64,000 bases of DNA from the human T2T-CHM13v2.0 reference genome, Homo sapiens, in NCBI RefSeq assembly GCF_009914755.1, contig NC_060936.1; one strand, given 5' to 3'. The position numbers were made by a program, and so were the translations under genes. Of the stretch, positions 29,474-44,730 are shown piece by piece (positions within the stretch are counted from its first letter, which is position 1; each line of letters begins with the position of its first letter). The notes beneath the pieces were generated by a model, which saw only the letters and a program-made list of their open reading frames with translations, was not told the origin of the DNA and did not search any database.

Positions 29474-29952
29474 TGTGATGGTTAATTGTATGTGTCAACC
29501 TGATTGGGCCATGGTGCCCAAATATCTGTCTAAACATTCTTTTGGTTGTTTTTGATTGAGATGCACATTTACGTCAGTGGACTTGGAGTAGAGATTGCCC
29601 TATAACATGAGTGGGCCTCATCCAATCACTTGAAGTCCTGAATAGAACAAAGAGTGACCTCCCCTGAGCAAGAGGGAATTCTGCAGCAGACTACCTTTGG
29701 ACTGGAATTGCAGCATTGGCCCTCCCAGGGTCTCCGGTCTGCCAGCCCACCCAGTAGATTTTGACCTTGCCAACCTCTATTATTGCATAAGTCAGTTTTG
29801 AAAAATAAATATCTGTCCATGTATAGACTTATCTATGGGACACCTTATCTGTGTGGACACCTTATCTTGGCATTCTATGGGAATATGTTTTCATATATAT
29901 ATATTTTTAACATCTATTGGTTCTATTTCTCTGGAGAACTCTGACCAATACA
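29474..29952 (+). mobile_element. MLT2 (ERVL) solo LTR, inserted in a MIR-like element
   Basis: tgtgatggttaattgtatgtgtcaac...ctctggagaactctgaccaataca. Confidence 0.88.
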
Positions 29953-32227
29953 GGTATACTAATAGCACCTTCCACAATGTCCCAAGAAGTACTTTACCTA
30001 GTGCTTGGCCTACAGTAAGGCTCACATTGTTCTCTCCTTTGTCCAGCCTTAGGATTGATTAATTTTCTTGAAAGTCAGGTTTTGTCCATGGAGAAATGAT
30101 TTCTAGATTTCTAAATTTCCTTAAACCTTGTTTGCATGTCAAAGCAAATTTAGAGATCTGGAAACAGATTTTTTTTTTTTTAAGTAAAATGACCGTATAA
30201 TTTAGCATCTGAACTGGGACAATTTTGAGAGCAAAATGGCACACTAAGTGTAATCTGTACCAGATTAAACAAGGAATTATAGTGAATTAGATATATTGTA
30301 AGAAGAATTCTTGTCAAACATTGCAGAAATTGTAAAGTCAGATTGATCCAACCCAGTGAAATGTATGAAGAAAAGGAAGAGGCAGAAATCAGAGAGATGT
30401 TGGACTCCAGTGTCCTCCCCAACCCTCACACACTAGTGGCTCTTCCCCTTCCACCCAATACACACACTTGGTGGATTTTTGTGGAATGGTGCTATACAAA
30501 CATCCACATGAATTTGAAGAGACTCAATATATTTGATGCTAGTAGCTTTCTTACTGATTCAGAATCTGGAAAGGTAATAGGCTTCTAAGAAAATCCTTGC
30601 ATTAGGCTTTGTGTCATTTCCATCATTGGTGATTAGAGGTGGCTGGGTAAAGATGTCACAACACTGGTGCTTGCAGGTGACTAGGAAGAAGGGTCCACAA
30701 GTTCCTTCAGGCTCTGATCTGTGGCCAGTGAAGTGCCAAGATCAATGTACCCAGGGGGAATTAGGGTTGGGAAAAAACCCAGCATGGTATACAGGAACTT
30801 CCTGATTAGAAATACAGGGCCAGGGCCACCGACTTTAGTGTCAGGCACATGGAAATTCTCTGAAAGCCTGGATGAGCAGTTCCATGGCAGTAGACATCAG
30901 TCATGGACCAAACCTATCCCAGAACCTGGAAAATACCAGAGAGAAGGCATTTCTCCAACATCCCTTCTTCCATCACCAACAGATTTCTTAAGCTCTTACA
31001 TGCATCCAGATGCCATTTTGGGGATCAGGAGAAGAAGGAAAAAGTCTGAAAACTAGCATTTACCCAAATGAGATTGAGTTCCCTATAAAACTTTTAAAAC
31101 TGAATCTCTACACACTATTACCTTCCACTTTCCCACTTGCCTTTCAAAGGGTTAGCGCTCGTGAGAAAGATAAAATCAGTTATGGAAAGTAAAATGAAAA
31201 AAAAGATAATTCTTCTCACACAGATCTGGGTAACAATACATTTGCGAGTGTGCAACATGAGTAACACCAGCTATAGGCAAGCTGCTTTGACTCTCCAAAC
31301 CTTAGTTTTTCTTCTAAAAAAAATCTGGGGTCACATTACGTAAATTAAGATTTTTTCAAAAAATAAATGCCATAATTTTTCTTGGGACATTGCACAGTTT
31401 CTAAAATCAACTTAGAAGTCAAAGATTCTTACCTTGTTTTTTTCATATGATAAAAGGGGAGCACAGAGAGATACATACCCTCACTGACATTGAAACATAA
31501 AACACCTTCATTTACTCAGTTATTTATCAACTATTAATTAAGCAGCACCTAGCTGCCAGATCCTGTCCTAGTGGAAAGGGATGTAACAGTATACAAAACA
31601 AAAAAACAAATAAATGCATATTAAAAAAAGCACAGGAAGAGAATAAAGCAAGGAAGAGGAAAGTAAATTGATGGTGACCATCGTGTGTGTGTGCATGAAT
31701 AACTGTGTACAGATGTGTGCCTGTATGCACATGAGTGCAAGAGAATGTGTAAATACTGAAATGGTAATATTCAAACTATTTATTAATGAAAACAGCACAG
31801 ATGGTGAATAATCAGAATGAATACCTGACCTGTAAGAAGAGGCTCCAAACGAGAGGCTACATTTGTCTCTGATAGCAGCAGAGATGTGGTGGGTGTGAGA
31901 TAATTCACGTAAGAAACAAGATGATCTAAAAAGAGTCTGAAAGGGAAATCATATGACCTTCCTCATTGGAAGAAGTATATGAAATATTTAGGTTAGTGCC
32001 ACATTTTAAACAGCCTCTTACCTTTGATAAAAAGGCATAAAGAGCTTTGGATTTGTTTTAAAATCAAAAGGTTAATTTTTAAGTGATATTTTCACATTGA
32101 GGTTCATGGTGTCTGTGACTCAAAATGTCATTTTACACTAGCATGAAACTAACTCAGATTTTTAACTACATTAAAAAAAATGCATCTTGTTTTCTCCAGC
32201 CCTGCAAGCATTTTTCTCGAAGACTGT

Positions 32228-32610
32228 GTGTGGTAGGGACAATGCTATGTGTTTACCAAATTCCATTTCACTTTCCTCCTTCTGGGCACATGGGAGTTTT
32301 CCAAGTTCCCTCGCAGTTACATTATGGCCATGTGACTGTGTCCTGGCCACTTGCCAAGGTAAATCACACCTAGGCCTGTCCCTTAAAAACAACTCATGCA
32401 ACAATTCTTCTCCTCTCTCTTCTTCTGAGGTGGGGAGTTTGGAAACCATGTGTTACCAAGGTAGCTATGAGATGAAGGAGGGGTGCCCAATTTGCACTGG
32501 ACTTGATGTGAGCAAGAAATAAATCCTTACTGGATTAAACTACTAAAATTTCAGATTTCTTGTATTTTTCTTTTTAACAAAGATAGGCTAGCATATCATG
32601 ACTAATTCGA
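32228..32610 (+). mobile_element. MLT1I/J-like MaLR LTR
   Basis: tgtggtagggacaatgc..tggccatgtgactg..gagcaagaaataaatcc..gactaat. Confidence 0.65.
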
Positions 32611-33170
32611 CTTTCAACAAACATTGCATGCTAAATCTGTATAGAAGTCTATACAAAAAGGATGTATTAAGAATTTAAAATTTTTTGTGTAAATGCATTT
32701 CACAACGTAAGTCAATATTTTCTATAGTACTCTTATGTCATCCCAAAATTTGATATTTTGTCAGATAAATGTTAATGAATTAATGCCAGGAAGAACACAA
32801 ATTGTTTTTGAAACACCAAAATGCAGATTGGAGAAGTTTAAATATATTTAAGAACATTGAATAAGGCAACATTAGCTGTGATTATATTTAATTATATGGT
32901 AACAATTTGGGGTTAACAAATTTGAGAAAATAAATCTTTGGCAGTTGGAGCAGTGTTTTTTTTAAAAAAAATTTAACTAGCAGATGAAAAGAATAATACC
33001 ATTACATTAGATAGATAAACTCAAAGTGCTAATAGACTAAGTAATCTGAGGAATACTTCTAAACCTAATACAACTAAGTTAATGTATCTTCAATAGAAGT
33101 CATGAAAATGGCATTTCCATCTGAGGTACAGGGTTCATCTCACTAGGGAGTGCCAGAGAGTGGGCGCAGA

Positions 33171-33479
33171 TCAGTGGGTGCGTGCACTGAGCGCCAGTCG
33201 AAGCAGGGCGAGGCATTGCCTCACTCGGGAAGCCCAAGGGGTTAGGGAGTTCCCTTTCCTAGTCAAAGAAAGGGGTGACAGACGGCACCTGGAAAATCGA
33301 GTCACTCCCACCCGAAAACTGCGCTTTTCTGACGGGCTTAAAAAAGGGCGCACCAGGAGATTATGTCCTGCACCTGGCTCGGAGGGTCCTAGGCCCACAC
33401 AGTCTAGCTGATTGCTAGCACAGCAGTCTGAGATCAAAATGCAAGGTGGCAGCGAGGCTGGGGGAGGGGCGCCCACCAT
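33171..33479 (-). CDS. L1 antisense ORF0-like reading frame, open for 102 aa
   Basis: MVGAPPPASLPPCILISDCCASNQ.. matches the primate L1 ORF0 N-terminus; expression is not shown. Confidence 0.5.
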   Translation of the reverse strand: MVGAPPPASLPPCILISDCCASNQLDCVGLGPSEPGAGHNLLVRPFLSPSEKRSFRVGVTRFSRCRLSPLSLTRKGNSLTPWASRVRQCLALLRLALSARTH

Positions 33480-33935
33480 TGCCCAGGCTTGCTTAGGTAA
33501 ACAAAGCAGCCAGGAAGCTCGAACTGGGTGGAGCCCACCACAGTTCAAGGATGCCTCCCTGCCTCTATAGGCTCCACCTCTGGGGGCAGGGCACAGACAA
33601 ACAAAAAGACAACAGTAACCTCTGCAGACTTAAATGTCCCTGTCTGACAGCTTTGAAGAGAGTAGTGGTTCTCCCAGCACACAGCTGGAGATCTGAGAAC
33701 GGGCAGACTGCCTCCTCAAGTGGGTCCCTGACCCCTGACCCCCAAGCAGCCTAACTGGGAGGCACCCCCCCAGCAGGGGCAGACTGACACCTCACACGGC
33801 CAGGTACTCCAACAGACCTGCAGCTGAGGGTCCTGTCTGCTAGAAAGAAAACTAACAAACAGAAAGGACATCCACACCAAAAACCCATCTGTACATCACC
33901 ATCATCAAAGACCAAAAGTAGATAAAACCACAAAG

Positions 33936-34952
33936 ATGGGGAAAAAACAGAACAGAAAAACTGGAAGCTCTAAAAAGCAGAGCGCCTCTCCTCCTCCAAA
34001 GGATCGCAGTTCCTCATCAGCAACGGAACAAAGCTGGATGGAGAATGACTTTGACGAGCTGAGAGAAGAAGGCTTCAGACGATCAAATTACTCTGAGCTA
34101 CGGGAGGAAATTCAAACCAAAGGCAAAGAAGTTGAAAACTTTGAAAAAAATTTAGAAGAATGTATAACTAGAATAACCAATACGGAGAAGTGCTTAAAGG
34201 AGCTGATGGAGCTGAAAACCTAGGCTCGAGAACTACGTGAACAATGCAGAAGCCTCAGGAGCCGATGCGATCAACTGGAAGAAAGGGTATCAGTGATGGA
34301 AGATGAAGTGAATGAAATGAAGCAAGAAGGGAAGTTTAGAGAAAAAAGAATAAAAAGAAACGAGCAAAGCCTCCAAGAAATATGGGACTATGTGAAAAGA
34401 CCAAATCTACGTCTGATTGGTGTACCTGAAAGTGATGGGGAGAATGGAACCAAGTTGGAAAACACTCTGCAGGATATTATCCAGGAGAACTTCCCCAATC
34501 TAGCAAAGCAGGCCAACATTCAGACTCAGTAAATACAGAGAACGCCACAAAGATACTCCTTGAGAAGAGCAACTCCAAGACACATAATTGTCAGATTCAC
34601 CAAAGTTGAAATGAAGGAAAAAATGTTAAGGGCAGCCAGAGAGAAAGGACGGGTTACCCACAAAGGGAAGCCCATCAGACTAACAGCGGATCTCTCAGCA
34701 GAAATTCTACAAGCCAGAAGAGAGTGGAGGCCAATATTCAACATTCTTAAAGAAAAGAATTTTCAACCCAGAATTTCAGATCCAGCCAAACTAAGCTTCA
34801 TAAGTAAGGGAGAAATAAAATCCTTTACAGACAAGCAAATGCTGAGAGATTTTGTCACCACCAGGCCTGTCCTAAAAGAGCTCCTGAAGGAAGCGCTAAA
34901 CATGGAAAGGAACAACCGGTACCAGCCGCTGCAAAATCATGCCAAAATGTAA
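33936..34952 (+). pseudogene. L1 ORF1p, disrupted
   Basis: MGKKQNRK...LQNHAKM with in-frame stops at 34221-34223 (TAG) and 34530-34532 (TAA). Confidence 0.96.
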
Positions 34953-35015
34953 AGACCATCGAGACTAGGAAGAAACTGCATCAACTAACGAGCAAAATAA
35001 CCAGCTAACATCAGA

Positions 35016-38835
<3,820 letters not shown>

Positions 38836-39812
38836 ACAATGAGAACACATGGACATAGGAAGGGGAACATCATGCTCTGGGGACTGTTGTGGGGTGGGGG
38901 GAGGGGGGAGGGATAGCATTGGGAGATATACGTAATGCTAGATGATGAGTTAGTGGGTGCAGCACACCAGCATGGCACATGTATACATATGTAACTAACT
39001 TGCACATTGTGCACATGTACCCTAAAACTCAAAGTATAATAATAAATAAATAAATAAATAAGAAGTCATGATAATTAATTGATGACATTTGTAATTTTCT
39101 TCTTTATAGAAATCATCTGCAGAGCTGGTAAACTAAAAAAACAAAAAACAACAACAACAAAAACCCTGAAGTATAAGCAATCAGGCAGCCATTAATTTTA
39201 GTACACAGGTCACTCTGACATTACATGAAAAAAAAGAAGCTACAAATCATCAGGGTACATTTAAAGATCATTGCCATTTTCATAGTCAACTTTAGGTACA
39301 TTTAATATACATTAAGATCCTTGGGTAATTTGCAAGATTGAAAGGACTACAGACCAGTTTTCCTAAAGAAAATTGGATGCTGGCCTGTGAAATTCATACC
39401 TGTCAATTTGTAGGAATTGTACACTACATATGGTGCATGACATCAATTTTCAATGGACCAGATCAACTTTGAGTTGCATCATGATTATGCTATTGCCATT
39501 TACATGCAACCAGCTTTGATTTCCGGCAGCTGTTAGAACAACGTGTACCGTACCATAATTAAGTAAAGATCGCACAATTGTAGGGCCTATTTTTCCACCA
39601 CAGTATCATTTATATTTTTGGAAGTAAAAAAACATTAAAAACTGACACGATTATAGACAAAATATTCAAGGATCAATATAATACATTCAAATTTGAGTAT
39701 CGTATTCTCTTTACCACTAAATTTTGCTGGTGAAACACTAATACTACAACATTATGAGTCAGGAATTTCTAAAATATAGCCCCTTTTGGCTCTTTGTCCT
39801 TCTTATTCTTAG

Positions 39813-40136
<324 letters not shown>

Positions 40137-41249
40137 CTGGTTGTTTTATATTGCCTGAAGAACTAAAGAAAAAACAAGTCTGACCAATTACAGCCAAATG
40201 TTAAGACATTTGCCATGAAACTTCCCTTATGCAAAACAAAACATAAAATCCTTAAATTTTTAGAACTTTGAGATCACTAAATTTTTGCTAGGGTATCCCT
40301 ATCAGTAATCTTTAATGATGTGTCTCATTTTTCCCAGGTTGACAGGTTGAGATAGTCAACACTGTACTTGGTGATGGGCTGTTGCCCACATAACTTGTAC
40401 AATGGTATTATGAAAAAATGCACAGGTGCTGGAGAACAGATGGAGGTCTCTGACAAACCAGCCAGGGGAGCAAAATTATAAGCTCTTGCTTTTGTTCAAT
40501 TTGTACCACTTTCTAGATATCCATCAGAACTTCCTCAAGTTCCTCTCAGAATTAATATCACCTTTCTTTAAATGATCCAATGAATATGCCAGTGTTATGC
40601 ATAGAGATTAGCAAATACTAGACACTTTACAAATGTTTGTATCTGATACAATTGCATTTTGTACACTTTTAATAAGCCTCTTAAGACATTCTGCGTGATG
40701 TTAGCATTGGTGGAAGATTTGTCTCTGCTAGGAAGTTGTCAACTTGTTCAGGGTGGGACTTGATTTTGTTTTCACACAACTCCTCCATTCTACATTATTA
40801 TGTCTCATATTCAGGCTGTCTTGCATGGGCTTATTTATGGCTTTTTCCTCCTCCACTAGACTATGAGTTCCAGGAGGACTAAACTGTGTCATCTTTATTT
40901 TTATGTTCCTCACAGTACCTAACACTGCTTGGTATATAATGAGTCTTTAAAAACTATGTGTTGAATTTGAACGTTATCTCCTCTGGGTAATTTTATTTTC
41001 AAAACATTCACTTTTGAATAGGACTTGTTTTATCGCAGCATTTTATTTTGCAGATTAAGGAAACTGAATTAAACTAGAAGACATGAAAAACTTTAAAGTG
41101 CTGCTTCAAACTTCATTAGAGATTTAACAGGAACAGTACAGTATAGTAGAATACATACTTGTCACTTGATACCTAGTCATTTTCAGATTGTATTTTCTCT
41201 GAGAGGGTCACACACCAACCTCATCAGGCTTTTTTTTTTTAAATCCATA

Positions 41250-41425
41250 TTCATTGTGATAAGAACACGTAACATGAGATCTACCATATTAACACATTTT
41301 AAAACATACAATACATATTGTTAATTATCAGTACAAAGTTAGACAGCAGATTGCTAGAGCTTATTCATCTTGCTTATCTGAAACCTTATGCCTATTGATT
41401 AGTAATTCACCATTTCCTCCTTCCT
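41250..41425 (-). mobile_element. L1MA/MB 3' end fragment
   Basis: aagaacacgtaacatgagatctacc..agagcttattcatcttgc. Confidence 0.7.
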
Positions 41426-42023
41426 TGGGGGCTTTTTAAAAAATGAGATAAAGAAGCCTTAAAGACTATATATATTTAAAAACCACAGATTCTTTATATG
41501 CAAATTTTGGCAGGAACAACTTAAATTTACATACAAGAGAAAAGAACCGCTAGGAAGCTAAGCCAGACATTTCAATCAGTCAGATAACTGAGCTTTTTGA
41601 ATTCTCAAAGAGAACTGTTTATTCATTAATTGGTTGCATATGGCTGATATCTGAGGCAGGAAACTTATCAGGAAAAGGTGATACGAGAGTGCAGGAAGTT
41701 TTAAAAATTACGTGTTTCCTATTCTTTGACCCTCATTCCTAAAAAGTACCAATGTTGAGTTCTAGAAAGATTTAAAAAATTTCCCACTTGTTACATAAAA
41801 TAGGCTCACATGTATAGAGTATGTTTTTTAAGAAATTTGGAACATGTGCTTTCAACAGATTCAGTCTACAGCACTCGATTTCTAGAGTGGCTCAATCAAG
41901 GCTGTCTTAATTTCATTTCAGAATTGAACATTGATTTGTTTGATTATTCTATGAAGACAATAATTTGACATCATTGGGATGATCAAAATTAGCCCTGAAA
42001 GTTGGAAAGTTTGGGACTGAAAC

Positions 42024-42770
42024 TGAAATGGGAGAGTTCCCTGACCCCCCTCGCAGGATGTCAGGTGTGTCTCATCTGTTTGGCTGCTATGTGCTCAAAC
42101 CACTTACAGGAGGAGGAGCACTTAGATGGGCAGTTGCAGGAGCCAGGGCAAGTGATTTTGGGCTCCAGCCCCACAGTAACCTCTAAGGGTGGGTGTTTGT
42201 GACTCTGGAAGCCCCAATATGGTGTCACAGTGCTTTTTTCACTCTGTCTTCTGCAGACAGCTTAGGTGTTAACCAGCTCAGTGCCCTCTTGGTACCTAGG
42301 TCCTTGTCCAGTGTCCAGGAAGAATCAGGTCACACGGACAAATTAAAGGATGATAAATGCAGGGGATTTTATTGCCAGATGGAGGTGACTGTCAGTGGGA
42401 AGGATGGGGAGCTGGAAAGGAGATGGAGTGGAAAAATGATCGTCCCCTGGAGTTCAGCCATCCCACGGCTCATCTCCTCTCTGACCACCCCCAGCCGAAC
42501 TCCTCTTGACATTCAGACACTCCTTCTCCTCTCTCCTTCTGTGCCACACTGCTGTTCTGCTCCTCTGCTCTTCTGCTCGTAGAACCTGGGGTTTGGGGTT
42601 TATATGGGTACAGGATATGGGAGTGTGGTGGGCCAAAAGGCAACATTTGCTTGCGAATACAGGAATGCCTATTCACATTTAGGGGTGTGGGTTTCCAGGT
42701 TTGAGGGTGGGGCCTTTGCTGGGGAACCACCCTCTTCTATCCATTATTTCCCTGTCTCCTGTCTGTATCA
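42024..42770 (-). mobile_element. LTR1-family ERV1 solo LTR
   Basis: Reverse strand tgatacagacaggagacagggaaata...gggaactctcccatttca; TSD AAAC. Confidence 0.85.
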
Positions 42771-42900
42771 AAACCTTGTTGTTCATTGTCTCTGTAATCC
42801 AAAAATCAGCTAGTTTTCCAAAGGTCAGAAAAGGCCCAGCATAGAACATCCTCAGCAATGGATTCATTTAATCTCTTATTGGAGATTTTTGGTGTTTGAA

Positions 42901-43528
42901 TGTAACCAAAATGCAAGTTAGTTTCTCACTGCAAGTAGAGTCCAATTAACAAGACAGAGGTCTTGTGCAAAAAATATGAATTTATTCTGAAGCTAACTTG
43001 GAGGAAGGGGCACAAAGTGTCCTGCCTTTAAATGTGCCACTTCATCTTTGGAGCAGAAAGTGGATATTTTTATAAGGTAAGAGGGGAAATTGAGCCAGGG
43101 CAGGGGACCCCTCTACTAGCTTGGTGCCTTATCTACAGAACAGTTGAGTTGACACCTTCTATGGAAGAAATAATTTGTAAAAGTGGCCAACTCGGCATGC
43201 TTTTGACATGCCCTCCTGGTGCATGAAAGTCCCAAGACAATCCTGGAGAGTGGAAATTTGAAGGCAACCCCCTGGAGGTGAGAGTTCTGTGGTGGGTATG
43301 CTTTGGTCTGCAAAGCAACTGTCAACTCTCAAGGAGAGACCTGTCTTGGAGCAAAGAGTTAGAACTTGCATTGCAGGAAATGTCTGGTAAGGGAGATGAG
43401 AAAGAGTATATTTGCATTTTTAAAGGGCTAAGTAGGAAGTGGGGAACCAGAAAACAAGAAGAGAAGAGAAAGCAAATAATAATAATAATTAAACCACCTA
43501 TTAGAAAAATGAGGGATACTCAGTTACA
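42901..43528 (-). mobile_element. ERV1-class solo LTR (LTR39/LTR62-like; family uncertain)
   Basis: Inverted termini tgtaac...gttaca; TSD TGAA; AATAAA on the minus strand near 42981. Confidence 0.75.
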
Positions 43529-43895
43529 TGAATAGGTTAAAATGTATGCAGTTTTCCCAAGAGCCATGAATAAAATTACAATTAGCAGCCAACAGTTAGC
43601 AGATATCTTCCCTGAAGAATTCATCTAGGGAAAATCTAGTTTTGAGATCCTATGGATATAGACCAACTCTGTCTTTGAAAAGGTACTTCTGTAATATCAA
43701 AGTTAGACCTCATTCTATTCTGCTGGTGGATCTGTCAAACATAATTTCTCATCTAAATTGAGAAACTTGAGAGCGAAGGGTGCCCTGTAAATAGACACAC
43801 AAAAATCACAGTCATATCCCAATGCTGTCTCAAGGCATATATGGCCATCACACCAATAGAAATTCTCATATTATACATGGTTCTATTACCACCTG

Positions 43896-44616
43896 TGTGA
43901 ACCCAAAGTATCTGAGACAGGTGTCCAACAATTTACAAAGTTTATTTTGCCAAGGTTAAGGAGGTGTCTGTGACACAGCCTCAGGAGATTCTGATGACAT
44001 GTGCCCAAGGTGGTCATGGCATAGCTTGGTTTTATACATTGTAGGGAGACAAGAGACATCAATCAATATGTGAAGATGTACTTTGATTTGGTCCAAAAAG
44101 GCAGGACAACTTGAAGCTGGGTTGGAGGGGTTGCTTCCAGGTCATACGTAGATAAGAGACAAAGGTTGTATTCTTTTGGGCTTTGATTAGCCTTTCGCTA
44201 AAGACAAAATTTACATGTGAGAAAGGTGTAGAGTAATAGTCACTTATGTCTTAGTCTGGCTCAGTGAATCTGCATTTTTACATAAACAATAGGGCAGAGG
44301 AAGCAATGATACACATTTGTCTCAGGCGAGCACAGGGATGACTTTGAGTTCTGTCCTTTGTCCCGCACCTGTGAAGATAAGCTAACAATTGACATCACAA
44401 GGGTGAAGTCCAGCAGAACTGTTTTAGGGTAAAGATCTTGAGGCCACAAGGAATTTCCTTGTGGGTTAATTGTGAGGGAGGTATGTAGCTTTTCAAATCT
44501 TTGTACCTATCTTATTTAGAATAAAATGGGAGGCAGGTTTGCCTGATGCAATTCCCAGCTTGACTTTCCCTTTGGCTTAGTGATTTTGGGGCCCTGAGAT
44601 TTATTGTCCTTTCATA
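43896..44616 (-). mobile_element. MER4A-like solo LTR
   Basis: Reverse-complement homologue of 8339-8982; TSD CCTG/CCCG. Confidence 0.9.
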
Positions 44617-44621
44617 CCCGA

Positions 44622-44730
44622 ATCCTTCTTTACTTCTTTTCTCTCTTCCTCCCTGCTTTCTTCTTCTTCTTCCTCTTCCTCCTTCTTCTCTTTTTCCTCT
44701 CTCTATCTCTCTCCTTTTGCTTCTTTCTTG
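44622..44730 (+). repeat. CT-rich low-complexity tract
   Basis: Directly visible. Confidence 0.9.

Noticed and set aside
30300-31240. Cluster of overlapping 60-111 aa ORFs
   Set aside because: No recognisable protein similarity; more likely an ancient degraded repeat that I cannot name.
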